DNA of 64,000 nucleotides from Eledone cirrhosa. Taxonomy: Eukaryota. Made by a program: the position numbers and the translations under genes. Below, in pieces: positions 15,458 to 30,100 of the stretch. A model generated the notes under the pieces. That model made no database searches, was not told where the DNA came from, and worked only from the letters and a program-made list of their open reading frames with translations. Numbering within the stretch: the first letter of the stretch is position 1; each line of letters begins with the position of its first letter. The stretch lies in the NCBI GenBank assembly GCA_964016885.1, contig OZ024744.1:87854001-87918000 (forward strand), in the 5' to 3' direction.

Positions 15458-18400
15458 GATTTCATTTATTAGCCACAAGGGCCGACATGTAGGGGACAAT
15501 ACAAAGACAGGGACAGTGGGGGTTTACAATAAGGTCGAGTAAAAGTGCACAATGGCAAGACTAATTTAACAATGAAAATATAAAAATATAAAATAAACTA
15601 TGCATAAATATAACAAAATAAATTCCCCGATAGGGGGTGGATGACCCTGTGGTGATTCGGGTACCCCACCAATCCTGAACCACCCTGCGCTTCTAGGGCA
15701 CCCAGGAGAGCACCCCTCTCCTCAAGTTAGCCAGCCTATAGGCGCATGGTCAGAGTAGGCCCATTCACACGAGCCATTCTCGCCACATTCACCCACCTTT
15801 TAGCAAATGTACTGGGGAGCAGCACTTCTCTCTCCACCCTCACCCTCCTTTCCAGGTGAAACTTGAAGAAGTTGATGAGGGATTGGCCGAAGAGAAAAGT
15901 GTCTGTCTTTAGTCCTTTCAACCTGGTCCACCATATAATCTCTTTCGCAACTGCCAGCAGACAGGAAAATGTCCTGCTCTTTCTGAGCTAAGGAAGGTGG
16001 CCGCTCGATCTTCACTATCGACTCGGCCGATAGCCGGATTCGTTCCACACGCGACAGTAGCTATTCGACATAACTCCACAAGTCAGTAATGCACGGACGT
16101 TGGACAAGTGCGTGCAGAACGGTTTCGTCGTTCTGTGCGCATCTTGGGCAGGTCCGTCTGACAGCAATTCCGTGCCTGTAGAATTTATCCCGAACCGGCA
16201 GTGCCCCCCGGTAGCACTGCCAAGCGAGGGATTTTTGGAAATTGTCCATCGTCCCCAGCTCAAAAGTCCTCCGGTACAGACTGCTCAGTTCGACTTTGTC
16301 GAGGCCCAAAGCTTTTCCGAGTGCGTCATCGCACTTGCCCACCACTAATCCTCTATAGAACTCGAGAGTGGAAGTTCCACTGATCGCATTGCCTGCTTGG
16401 TAGAGGGCAGTGAGTGCCTGGCAACATTCCAGGTGCCAGTCACCCAGTCTCAGTCTCTTCTTGACCCAGGACTGCAGCTCAGTCAAAGAAATCAGCTGCG
16501 GAAAGGCCCGTCTGATAAACGGCGACCACACCTGTTCACCATTGAGGCAGAATATCTGGAGATGTCGCAGCCTCAACGTATGTCTGCGGATCATTAGCCA
16601 CGGCATGCCCAGCCCTCCGCGTAGAGGGTGCTGGCAGCAAATGGACCGCCTCACCAACGGAACTTATCCTCTCCACAAGAATTTGAAGAGGAGCCGTTCC
16701 AACTTGACGAGGGCAAGGCACGACGGTTAGGCGGTAGTAGATGACGGACGCGATGTACGCATTCGCCACCTCCGCGCGACCTTTCAGTGATAGTTTCCTC
16801 CCAGCCCATTTTTGGGTGAGACTGGCTACTCTGCTCGTTACCTCGTCCCAATTCTTTTCCACCTGGAGGTCTGGTCCGAAACAAACCCCGAGCAACTTTA
16901 CTGGTCCGTCCGTCCAGCGCCCCACGACGCTGTTGGACGGCATGGGCTTGCCTCTCCAGGTTCCGAGCTGCAAGCCCACCGACTTTTCCGGGCTAAGTTT
17001 GGCTCCTGTCAACCTTTCATATTCCTTCAATAAGGTGCCTACCACCTCGATTTCTGAGGTGTTCGACACCATCACGGTGATGTCGTCCGCATAAGCCGAC
17101 ACCGCCTTTCCACGTCCCGGTTCGAGCGGGATGCCCTGCAACAGCTCCAGCTTCCGCAGTAAAGGCTCGAGAGTCAATACGTACAGAAGGGAAGAGAGAG
17201 GGCACCCTTGACGGACCGATCGGGAGAGCCGAAATAGTTCCGAGAGGTGGCCATTAACCTTGACCACCGAGCGTGTGCCGCTGTGCATTGCAACGATCCA
17301 GCTTCTAAAGACAGGGCCGAAGCCAGCTGCTTTGAGGACAAAGTCTAGATATCGATGGTCGACCCTATCGAATGCTTTCGATTGATCTAAATTGATCAGT
17401 GCCCCACCGAAGCCAGGTTTACACCCTACCCTCTCTATGATGTATCGCATGAGGTGGAGATTGTCGTGTATGGACCTAGCTGGGATTGCGCAAGTTTGCG
17501 CCTCCCCAACCAAATCCTCGACGACAAGCGCCAATCTCTTTGCTAACACCTTGGCCAAAATCTAAAACTCTGTGTTGAGCAGAGTTATGGGCCTGAAGTT
17601 GTCTAATGTATCCCTCTTGTTCTCGTCTTTCCTTATTAGCGTCACCACTCCCCTGACTTGCGCCTCATGCAGCCGACAAGGGCGTCCTGAATTTCGGCTG
17701 AAGTAATCGGCCTTTCGCAGCGCTCAGCGTCGACCGTCGAGATGCGCGGCAAGCCGTCAAGGTAGGGACTGAAATCCGCGACTCTCTCTGACTCGCCACT
17801 CTCCCTGAACAACCGAGCAAAGTGCTGACGAAAGGCCTCACACATCCGCTTGGAATCGCTTATCTCGTATCCGTCTCGCTCTGCCAAAGACCGAATTGTG
17901 GTTTTATTACCACGCTGCGCCTCCGCCACGCGGGCCCATCGAACAGCTTTAGTTCCCTCGTTTCTGAGCGCACGCGCCTTAGCTCTGACAATGCAACCTT
18001 CGTGTTTGGCATTGAAGAAATGGTCTAATGCCATTCTCGCCGCTAGCACGTCAGTTGCGATGCCACTACAAATAGCCTCGTCTAACTTATCTACCAGCTC
18101 CCCCTCCTTTCTATTTTTCTCTAACGCTAGTTCTTTGCTGAACTCTATCGAAGTTACTCTAATCTCTCTTTTGAGAGCCCTCCACCATCTGTTGTTGATG
18201 ATCCCCCCGTCAACTTTTTCTTAACTAACTTGTTGACTCGGTCCTGTAAGCCTTACGTGCCGGAAATGACATGTTCAGCTTCCAGTAACCCGGTCCTAAC
18301 CTACGCGTCTTATTTAGGTCGACCGTACAGATCACAAATTTGTGATCTGAATAGGCGACCGTTTTAAAAAGTGGACAGCCCACACTATTTCTATCTATTT

Positions 18401-21237
18401 TCCTAATGAAGATTCTGTCTATATACGATCTAGATGACCCCATTCGGTTGGTCCATGTCCATACTGGCACATTGGGGAAATCTAGTCGATACCTGTCAGA
18501 CAGTTGGAACTGGCTCACTAGGTGCTTGAGGCTATTGCATCCCCCGCTCCTATCGGCTACTCCCACACAATCCCAGCGTGCGTCTAAGATGCCATTCCAG
18601 TCCCCCGCTAACAGTAAAGGTCGAGACGTACCCAGAAATGTCTCCAGGCGCCTAAAGAAGTCAGGTCGTCCGGCCCCTGTAGGGGCGTAGACGGCCAGCA
18701 GTCTAAAGGCACCACCTTCGCTACTGCTCACATCCAAGACCACCAACTTACCGTCCGGGTCCCGGAAGATCGACCTTACCTCGAGATCCAGTCCTTTCCT
18801 AAACAGCACTTCCACCCACCCCCCATTCCCGGCCTGCTAACAGATGCGAAGATCTGATAGTCGTCGAAAATGGGGGCTAGTGCGCGCGTGTCGGAAATTC
18901 TGGTCTCGCTTACGGCAATCACATCCATTTCCAGCGACCGGAGGTCGTTGAGCAGGCGACCCTGCTTCCAGGGTGACCCCAGGCCGCGAACATTTAAACT
19001 TCCTACTCTTAATATGGCCATATTGGTAAGCTAAGAGAGAGAGAGGGAAGGTTTACTTACCTCCCGGGTCTTGTGAAGGTCGGGTGGTTCGACCTCCATG
19101 GTTGGTGGGGTTTCTTTTGGGAACCCCTTTAAAAGTCTTGATGTGGGTTTCACATTCGGGTTTCCCACGTCTTGAGGAAAGCTATCTCGAATTTCTTTGA
19201 AGGAATTGAGTGACATTCGGACCAGAAGCAAATCTTCTGGCACGCAAAATGTGCTCATTTCAAAAATCTCCCCCTCTGTTTGAATGTCCTCGCTTCGCGC
19301 TAAGAGGGCCATCAGTTTATTGTTGGCCCTTCTGACAAGCACGAAGTTTTTAACATTTTGTTGGTGTGGTTTCATTTGTTTTCGTTTTGGTGAAGGTGGT
19401 GGCGATGGTTTTGGTGGTGTTGTTTCGGGTATGTCTATGTTTGTTGTAGGTGTGGTGACTACAATTTCAGGTATTTGTGTGTTTATTTGTACTTGTGTTT
19501 GTTTAGGTTGTTTGCGTTTCGGGGATTGTGGAGGTGGTGTCGATGTTGCTGATGGTGCTGATGTTATTGGGGAAGTGTTTGCGTTAGTGGTGTCTATTTT
19601 TTGTTGTGTGTGTTTTTGTGTTTTGTTGGGGCTTTTTTTTTTTTTGTGAGTTTTCTCTGTTTTTTTGCACTTTTGGGTTTTCCTTCAGCTTCGCTGCTGG
19701 AAGACAAAGGGTCTGTGTCTGTGAGTGTCTCTGTGTCTGTGTGTGCGTTTATTTTTTTTGTCTATGTGTATAATTGGGGGGGTAGGGGAAGTGGGAGAGC
19801 TTTCCTCGTTTTCTCCTTGGATTGGTTTTGGTGTTGGTGGTGATCCGGCTGCTTTTGATGTTGGTGTCCGTGTTTTTGTTGATGTTGTTTTTGGTGGTGG
19901 TGGTGGTGCAGTTTTCCGTGCTGACACTGGCGTTGGCAACAAAGGAGGTTTGCGACCCCCTGCATTTCTGCGCTGAGGGTAGAAGGCTTGAAGATGCGTT
20001 GCTTCCCCGCAAACGAAGCAGCGTGGCCTTCTTCCGTCAATCATTAGTTGGATTGTTGTCCCGTCCTGCAGGCGGGCAAAATCTGGGATGTTATTCATAT
20101 CCTCCGGTTTCATTTGGAGAAGAATCTCTAAATCCATTCCGGACCAGTCCTCTCTCTCTGTCCTTTTGATGTCCAGGAGGGTGGTGTCTGTCCTCTCCTC
20201 GATTACGCATCCCAGCAGCCACCATATGTTCATTCCTGGTGGGATGCTGGGAATGCGTACCTTCACTTTCCTTTTACCCATATAGGACGGATGCATGATA
20301 ATGCGTTCCGTTCTGCAGGGGGTCACCGAGTGCTTAATAGCGAGGGCCTCGGTTTTGAACAGTACCGAGATGGTACCGAACTGTTTGCCTCTTGCTTTGT
20401 ACTCTATGTTACTTCCGATGTACTCCAAAGCAGCCGCTACCTCTGCTTGGCTCGCAAGTTCCACTTTTCGTGTCTGCACCGAAATACATCGAAAGAGCAC
20501 CGTCCTCCTTTGCATGGCCACTATTGCCTCGTCCGGGATGGTCAGGTTTGCCCAGGACTTCTCCCGTTTAATTAGCCTCCACGCTTTGGCCAACTGTTCG
20601 TCTTTATCGCAAATATCAATATCAATATTCAATAAGCGCTTTGTTTTTGCTGCTGCTGCAGCAAATGTGGTGTTTCTGATGCTCTTATTGTTGTTGTTGT
20701 CATTCTTGCTGTTGCCACCGCCATCCTTGTTTACATTGAAGCTGTCGGTGTTATTGTCGTTATTGTTCTGAGTTGTTGTTGTGGTCGTGGTGGTGGTGGT
20801 GGTGGTGGCGGTGGGGGTGATGTCGTTTTCAGATGATACTGCTGTTATGGCAGAAGGTTGTGGATGGTAGCTTTTTAGTTTTGCCTTCACATTCAGTAGA
20901 GTGGATGACAGGCATGACTTTAGCCGTCGTAGTCGTGGTGAAATCTGCAGCGGCTGCCTTTAAACTTTTGACCTGAACGTTGCTTACCGTTTCAAGGTCG
21001 AAAATTTCCATAATTTTCTTTTGGTGGGGAAGCGATTTTTTTCGAAGTTTTTAAAAACTAAATCTGAATATTTGGGCTTAAAGCCCGAATATTGAGAGGT
21101 ATCCCTCTCTTTAAATCAAGATGTGTACCTTAAATTTCGTTAATGACAAGAAAATACAAAAAAAAGACACTTTAAAACAGCTTAAAGCTACGAACCTTTT
21201 CCCCCGCAGACTTGTCTGTCTTCACACATGTGCGGCC
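15458..21237 (-). mobile_element. Tx1-like LINE copy C (subfamily 2), full length with frameshifts (ORF1 about 19031-21011, ORF2 15736-19021)
   Basis: Bounded by (TAA)n on both sides. ORF1 has the knuckle RPRCFVCGEATHLQAF; ORF2 has MAILRVGSLNVRG, SDH, QGCPLS, SAYADD and CPRC..ETVLH. Confidence 0.95.
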
Positions 21238-21270
<33 letters not shown>

Positions 21271-21273
<3 letters not shown>

Positions 21274-21475
21274 CACAGAAAAAAGCGAAGCAGGTAAAAG
21301 TAACTTCATAGAAAGAACTGCTACAGAAACAGGCTAAGAAATGGCAAGAAAAAACTGCATGGAAAATCCAAGAAAGAGCTAAAAATCCTGATATTGACAA
21401 AACTTTAACCCATCAGCGAGACTGAAGGACTGATTAAATCAGCACAAGATCAGTCCCTGCCAACAAAAAATTATG
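21271..21475 (+). mobile_element. Short internal fragment of R4/Dong-like family B after (TAA)n
   Basis: Matches 52032-52263 (aaaacacagaaaaagc..aagcaggtaaaagtaact...cacaagatcag) with an internal deletion. Confidence 0.8.
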
Positions 21476-21539
21476 AGTGTTGTTTAATATATGATTCATC
21501 GTTGGTCACTATATATATACATACATATGTATATCTATA

Positions 21540-21587
<48 letters not shown>

Positions 21588-21609
21588 TATACATATATAT
21601 ATATGTGTG

Positions 21610-21818
<209 letters not shown>

Positions 21819-22281
21819 TTGTGTACGTCTATGTATGTGTGTGTATGTGTGTATGCCTGCTCGTGTTTATTCGAATCTAATTGATTAGCGAGGCTTTTTC
21901 GCCACTTGAGATCTTTCAGTCATACAAAATGAAAATTATAATTGGAGAGGTTGATAGCAATACTTGAATGGAGAAAAGATTGCCCGGTTTTATTATCTAT
22001 CCGCTTTGGCCAATTCTTTGCCGATCGGAAACTCGCATGATGGGGAAAATATATGAGCAACTGCGGAGTGAATCACCAGATTCAAACAAAGAAGTACACT
22101 CGATTCCATATATTCACTGTGTATATAAGTATCCATATGTACATACATACGTACGCATATATATATATATACATTTATGTGTGTTTGTGTGTATGTGTGT
22201 GTGTATGTGTGTGTGTGTGTGTGTGCGTGTGCGCGTGTGTGTGTGTATATATATATATATATGTATATTTGAATATATATG

Positions 22282-22313
<32 letters not shown>

Positions 22314-22371
22314 TATATATATATACATACATACATACATACATACATACATACATACATACATACATACA

Positions 22372-22403
<32 letters not shown>

Positions 22404-22927
22404 AATGAACGTGTTGTTTTATACTTTCATCTGATACCGCCATCATAATTTACAACAGTCTCTATACGGAAGTGTGTAAACGTACGTTTGGAGACGATAT
22501 CATCTGCTGTCGCGGGATTTCAGCCATAAATCGTTTGATATCCTATGAAGCAAAAACTTCTGAACATTTCTCATATATGGCAGATGACAGTAGTATCATT
22601 TTGTCAACAGTACCATAGGCTTTAAGATAAAACATTCCAAGCGATAAAGTGCCGACAGTAAAACCCCGAATAAAAACAAATCCTGAATTGATAAAGAACT
22701 AGCTTCTTTATTTTTTATTATTAAGTAGTTTTATTACCGTAGAATGAGGCATGGCTGTAGTGGTGTATATATGTATATGGAAGTATTTTTGTATAAAAGT
22801 ATGCGTATGTATGTATATACGCACATACACATTAACACACACACATAAACACACACACACTCACACACATACATATGTATATATGTTTGTGTAATATACT
22901 GCCACATACGCGTACAACCACGTACAC

Positions 22928-22963
<36 letters not shown>

Positions 22964-22990
22964 GTGCGTGTAATATACAGGCACACACAC

Positions 22991-23101
<111 letters not shown>

Positions 23102-23135
23102 AATGTAAGTATGTATATATATATATACATATATA

Positions 23136-23231
<96 letters not shown>

Positions 23232-23636
23232 CATATGTGTTGGAGAATATACGTGCTTGAGTTTGTGAGAAAATGCATGTCCTGTGTATAAACATATATG
23301 TGTAGTTCTTTATCTTTCTACTTATGTTTGAACACGCATTAAACATGTATATATTTATGGATACATACATATGTACGATACGTACAAAAGATTTTACAGT
23401 TTTTACATGTATTTTATACATTCAGCGTTACCCTTGACGGCGCTTGGGTATTCTATATAATCTCAACAACAGACCACATGTAATGTGTAGACACACACAC
23501 ACACACACACACAAATACACACGCACACACACATAGAAACATACACACGGACACACTCACATATATATATGTGTATGTGTGCGTGAGTGTGTGTGCTTGT
23601 ATATATATATATATATATATACTATATATATACTGC

Positions 23637-23702
<66 letters not shown>

Positions 23703-23708
<6 letters not shown>

Positions 23709-24404
23709 TAATAAAATAATTAATAAACAAAGAAACAGTTCCTTATATTAAAAAATTCATCATTTTACGATCCTTTCTAGGATATATATGTTAGTGTTGG
23801 TATGCATATCCTATAGATCTATGTAAAATTTTTACAAACTATCAGAAGGAATATACATACCTACACATATATATGCTGTCTTCAGAAATAATTATTTCTA
23901 CTTTAGGCACAAGGCCAGCAATTACCCAGTGCATTACTGGTACTTTATTTTATCGACCCCGTAAGGATGAAAGGCAAAGTCAACCTCGGCGGGATTTGAA
24001 CTCAGATCGTAAAGGGACGTAACTATGCTGGAAAGCATGGCGTCCGACCCTCTACCGATACTGCCAAACCACCCAGAAATAATGATATTTGTTTATTGAA
24101 AAAACCAACAAAGATTTAATACAATAGGTCTGTTTAGGAACAGGTTTTGAATTGACCAATGGAAAGATAGTGAATGTCAAGAAAGTAATATAGTAGTAAA
24201 AGAACCTTAATTTATGGGTAGAGGAAGGTAGATTTCAGTTTTGGATGGAAAGAATATTATGAATGAAAGATTATTTTAGGGATGAGAATAGTTTGTAAAA
24301 ATTTTACCAACACTAACATACATATCCTAGAAACGATCGTAAAATGATGAATTTTTTAATATAAGGAACTGTTTCTTTGTTTATTCATAATTTTATTAAT
24401 TTAT
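23703..24404. mobile_element. Fold-back element with about 100-bp inverted repeats (possibly Penelope-derived), interrupted by a SINE
   Basis: 23705-23802 is the reverse complement of 24306-24402. Related sequence occurs at about 57000-57170. Confidence 0.65.
23893..24073 (-). mobile_element. tRNA-derived SINE with 10-bp target-site duplication CAGAAATAAT
   Basis: Same family as 11578-11765; TSD copies at 23883-23892 and 24074-24083. Confidence 0.92.
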
Positions 24405-24528
24405 CTTGACTCTGTTTTCCGTTAATTTTCACCGAAAAAATTTTTTGAATACATCCTCTCTTTTCATGATATTCGGATTACATTGAGTTCTTCATACGGA
24501 TTGGACACAGCCGTATATTTGGGTAGAT

Positions 24529-24658
<130 letters not shown>

Positions 24659-25296
24659 GCTTGTATGGTCGCATGTATATATGTAGGTATGTATGTACGT
24701 GCGTTCACGCTTATGTGTGCGTGTGTGTGTGCGTGTGTGTTTAAGTGTGTGTGTGTGTGTGTGTGTAAGTGTGTATAGGGCGGGGTGAATATAGTTACGA
24801 GTAACGTATTGTTGCTCGTCTGATTTTTATTAAAATCATTCTTTTCTCCTTTTCTATCGTAGGCAGCAGTAGGCATTTGTTGCTGTTTCTCTTAACATCC
24901 TGTAATGATTTAGCAGAGAATATCTAAATACAGGTTTGATAATTCAAGTCAACAGATATCTCTGAATGTTTCCAGTAAACTAAATTAACGACGTTAATTT
25001 TAAATCCGGTGTAGTCATAACAATTCAAGTATGTACTTTTCAAGAATGTCTTGTTATCGTAGTTTACAATACAGGACATTAAGAGTTAATCCTGGATTCT
25101 GATACACGTTATAACTATTAGGTTTTCCAAGTTTCCTTTATTGCCAACCTCTATAGTGGTTTTAGGACAATCTATTGGTAGAATCGTTAATACGTCGTAC
25201 AAACTACTTTGCGATATTTAATGTTGGCGTTTTACGTTCTGGGTTCTATTGACACCGTGGTAAACTTAGTCTTTCATCTTTTCAGGCGTCGATTAA

Positions 25297-25572
25297 ATCA
25301 TCACTAGCCGGCTTCAGCCGAAATGGACTCTACAATTGATCTCCACGTGGGTCTGTCGTTCATTGCCGCTGCCAAGTACTGGATTACAATGCCAGAATCT
25401 CTGGAGATGACATTAAGGTAGTAGAGCTTGCGCCCCCTGTTATTAGTGACTACTTGTGGTTTCCAAAGCACTAATGCGGACACAGCCTCATAGGTGGCAC
25501 GAATGCAGTGGCCAGCAAATCTTACTCTCCTTTTACGTACAACGACAGATATGCGTCGGAGGCCGGCGTATA
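25297..25572 (-). mobile_element. 5'-truncated RTE-group LINE fragment inserted into an old SINE
   Basis: Open frame YAGLRRISVVVRKRRVRFAGHCIR...LVLWKP...RGRK...AMNDRPTWRSIV...* is typical of an RTE ORF C-terminus. It ends in a (TGA) tail and has TSD TCGATTAA at 25289-25296 and 25573-25580. Confidence 0.78.
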
Positions 25573-26482
25573 TCGATTAATAAAAAAGACACCTGTCAAG
25601 TAATGTAGTCGATATAAATAAATTTGAATTCTAATCTCGCAGTGGTGGGCTTTGTCTTACATCATTCCAAAGTGTCAATTAAATAAAAGAGTCGATATAA
25701 ATAACTATTTCCTTCTATAAAATTCCCGGCTGCATGCCTGTTAGATATTGCTATTTCTAGAGGTTTCAGAAAATCATTCACGGTTGCTATTTGGATTTTC
25801 ACACACATATGTGTATTCTTTTCTTGTTTTTAATCATTGTATGGCATCGGCTTCAATGATACAGTACTCTACATTGTCTCAGATTAGGCATTGTATCATA
25901 GTTATATTTTATTTGGGATCATGAAATCCTTTTCATGCAATGATCTCGAAAATATTAAATCTAAAATCAACCAGCATGTGATTTTAAATTAGAATTCATA
26001 ATCTAAAGGGACGTAACTAAATATCAGATTTTATTATTGATGGACACTCTACTGATTTTGACAACCAACACCTTATATAATGTTTGCTCACAGGAAACTT
26101 TGCATTGTACTAACTTTCCACCTCTATTATTTTCTACGAATTTCACACATGAATGATTTACAAACAAAATGCGTGTTTATAAGGATTACATACATTTAGT
26201 CTTGTTATATTTTGTTCTTCGTTCTTCTGTATTTCATAATTGTATAGGGCACCAATAGATTTTATGTTTTTGAAATACCAAAAGCCTTCATGCCTCAACT
26301 GATACACGCCGAGAAAAACGACGCCTTAATAGAAATCTGGTGAGGTTATGGAGAAAATAAAATAATAAAATAGATAGGCGAAAGGCTACAATCGATAAAA
26401 TTCACTCTAGTATTGTCAGCGTACATTGTCAGTCAACAAATGTTTCAGATCACAATTTTAACCTATCACACGAAGTGTACTG

Positions 26483-26724
<242 letters not shown>

Positions 26725-26804
26725 GTGTGTATGTGTGTGTGTGTGTATACATCACAAGGTCGATAAAATAAAGCACAAGTAATGCACGTTTTCCCTTCTT
26801 TTTT

Positions 26805-26829
26805 TCTTCTTCTTCTTCTTCTTCTTCTT

Positions 26830-26860
<31 letters not shown>

Positions 26861-26872
26861 ATAATAATAATA

Positions 26873-26910
<38 letters not shown>
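26805..26910. repeat. Compound (TTC)n(TAA)n microsatellite, the target of Tx1 copy D
   Basis: Directly visible. Confidence 0.95.
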
Positions 26911-26912
<2 letters not shown>

Positions 26913-27173
26913 TTTCTTTATTAACCACAAGGGTTTACATAAAGTAGACATTAAGGACAGTGCAGGACAATGCAGGACGGTACAAATGGGCATTTCTGCG
27001 TGTAAAAAAAACAAAAATAGAGGATGTAACAAAAATAACAATGAAAATAACAATGAAAAATTCCCCAATAGGGGGGAGACTTCGGAGGAACATTTGTGGA
27101 GAAAGCCCAGTAAAAAGCCACAATGACCCTGACCACCAAGGCAAGTGCCCTCTCCCAGTTTTCCACCTTTAGT

Positions 27174-30100
27174 TTACAGATATATACTCAGAGTCGGCCC
27201 ATTCACTCGGGCCATTCTTGCTTCTCTCACCCATCTTTCAACAAAATGCTGGGAAGAGAGCACTTCCTTTTCTACTCTGATTTTCCTTTTCAAATGAAAT
27301 TTGAAAAAGTCAATCAGAGCATCACCGAAGAGGTAAGTGCTCGTCTTCAGCCCTTTCAAACGTGTCCACCATACTATCTCTTTCGCCATGGCCACCAGAC
27401 AGATAAAAACTGCCTGCCCTTCCCGGCTAAAGGAGGAGGGCGGGGCAATCCTCACGATAGACTCAGATGATAGCTGGATCCGTCCTAAACGCGACAGCAG
27501 GTGTTCGACATAAACCCACAAGTCAGCAATTTTCGGACACTGGACGAGTGCGTGCAGGACGGTTTCGTCGCCCTGCGCGCATCTCGGACATGCCCGGCTG
27601 ACGGCACCTCCATGCCTGTAGAGTTTATCCCGAACTGGCAAGGCTCCTCGGTAGCACTGCCAGGCCAGAGATTTCTGGAAGTTGTCCATAGGCCCTGGCC
27701 CGAAAGTTCTTCCGAAGAGATTGGCTAGTTGATTTTCGTCGACGCCTAGAGTTTCCCCAAGTACGTCGTCGCTCTTCCCCTCCACTAATCCTCTATAGAA
27801 CGCCGAGGTGGAGTTTCCACCGATCACATTGCCCGATTGGTCGAGGGCTGTGAGCGCCTGAAGACATTCCAGTCTCCAGGCGCTCCCTCTCGGTCTTCGC
27901 TTGACCCAGGACTGCAGCTCCGTCAAGGAAACGAGCTGGGGAAAAACGCGTCTAGCAAACGGCGACCACACCTGATCACCGTCGAGGAAGAGGTGGAGAT
28001 GTCGTAGCCTGAGCGCGTGCCTGCGCATCATCAGCCACGGCATGCCCAGCCCTCCACGTAGCGGGTGTTGACAACAGATGGACCGCCTGACCATCGGAGC
28101 ACGTCCCTTCCACAAAAAGCGAAAGAGCAAACGCTCCAGCGCAGTCAGGCGAGGCTTAGGACAAGGTACGACGGTTAGGCGGTAGCAGATGACAGACGCG
28201 ATGTACGCGTTAGCCACCTCCGCTCGACCTTTCAGGGATAGCTTCCTCTCCGCCCATTTCTGGGTGAGAGAAGCCACCCTGCTCGTCACCTCGTCCCAGT
28301 TTTTGTCCGTCTGGAGGTCCGGACCGAACCAGACCCCTAGCAATTTAACCGGTCCGTCCGTCCAGCGCCCGACGACGCTGTTGGACGGCATGGACCTGCC
28401 TCTCCAGGTGCCGAGCTGCAGGCCCACTGACTTTTCCTGGTTGATCATTGCTCCTGTCACCGCTTCGTATTCTCTTAGTGTAGTGCCGATCGCCTCGATG
28501 TGTTTGGCGTTCGACACCACTACGGTGACATCGTCCGCATATGCTGACACGGATCTTCCGCATCCTAGTTCGCGCGGGACTCCCCTCAACGTCTCCAGTT
28601 TGTGCAGTAATGGCTCGAGAGTCAATACGTACAAGAGGGACGAGAGGGGACATCCTTGGCGGACCGAGCGCATGATGTTGAACGGTTCCGACAGGTGACC
28701 GTTCACTCTCACCACAGAGCAGATGTCGCTGTGCATGGCAGCGATCCAGCCTCTGAAGACGGGCCCAAAGCCAGCCGCCCTCAGGACTGCCGCTAGGTAA
28801 CGATGGTCGACCCTATCGAAAGCTTTCGACTGATCTAAATTGATCAAGGACCCACCCGTGCCAGGTTCCCTAGCTACCCTCTCTACGATGTATCGCATGA
28901 GGTGGAGGTTGTCGTGGATGGATCTGTCGGGAATGGCGCATGTCTGCGCCTCTCCCACCAGACCACCAACGACAAGCGCCAACCTCTTTGCTAGCACCTT
29001 GGCCAAAATCTTAAACTCTGTGTTTAGCAGAGTTATGGGCCGGAAATTGTCTATGTTATCCCCCTTGTTCGGATCCTTTCTCAGCAGTGCCACCGCTCCT
29101 CGGCTCACAGAACTGGGAATTCTCCCGTTCTGTTGCCAGTTGCAGTAGACGTCCGCCAAGAGGCCTCCGAACAAGTCTGGCATCTGTACGTAAAGTTCAT
29201 AGGGCAGACCATCCAAACCAGGCGATTTACCCCTTGTGCAGCCAGTCATTGCCTCCCGTACTTCAGCGGCTGTTATCGGCTTTTCGCAACACCTCGCCTC
29301 AGTGGCCGAGAGCCGCGGCAGCCCGTCGAGGTAGACACTAAAGTCCATCCCTCCACCCGGCCCCCCGCTGCCCCCGAACAGCTGAGCGAAGTGTCGCTGA
29401 AAAGTTTCACACATTTGCCCGGGATCGAGTAGCATGCGCCCGTCGTGGTCCACCAAAGACCGGATCGTGGCTTTGTTGCCACGACGCGCCTCCGCCACTC
29501 GGGCCCATTGAACGGCTTTCGTCCCCTCGTGTCTGAGAGCACGCACCCTAGCTCTGACAACGCAGCCTTCGTGCTTTGCATTGAAGAATTGGTCAAGGGC
29601 CAATTTCGCCGCAAGCACGTCGGTCGCAATGCCTTTGCTAAGCGCCTCGTCTAATTTTCTAACTAGTTCTCCCTCTGCTCTATTTTTCTCTATTGCTAAA
29701 GCCTTACTAAACCTAATCGATTCTATTCTAATCGCTCTTTTCAGAGCAAACCACCACTTGTTGTTGACGATGGCCCCCGTCAACGCCCGCTTAACTAGTT
29801 CGCTAATCCGGTCTCTGTAGGCCTTGCGCGCTGGTAAGGACGCGTTTAGCTTCCAGTAGCCGGGTCCTCGTCTATGAAGCCTATCTAAGTCAAGCACACA
29901 GATCACGAATTTGTGGTCCGTGTAGCTGACTATCTTGAATTGTGGACAGCCTATGCTAGACCTATCTATTTCCCTACAAAATACTCTATCTAGATATGAT
30001 CTGGATGACCCTATGCGGTTTGTCCAAGTCCACATTGGCACATTCGGGAAATCCAATCGGTACCTGTCAGACAGTTCAAAACGCCTGAGCAGGTTGGTGA

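Noticed and set aside
23893-24073. tRNA genes (A/B boxes)
   Set aside because: There is no cloverleaf; the boxes belong to SINE heads with body, tail and TSDs.
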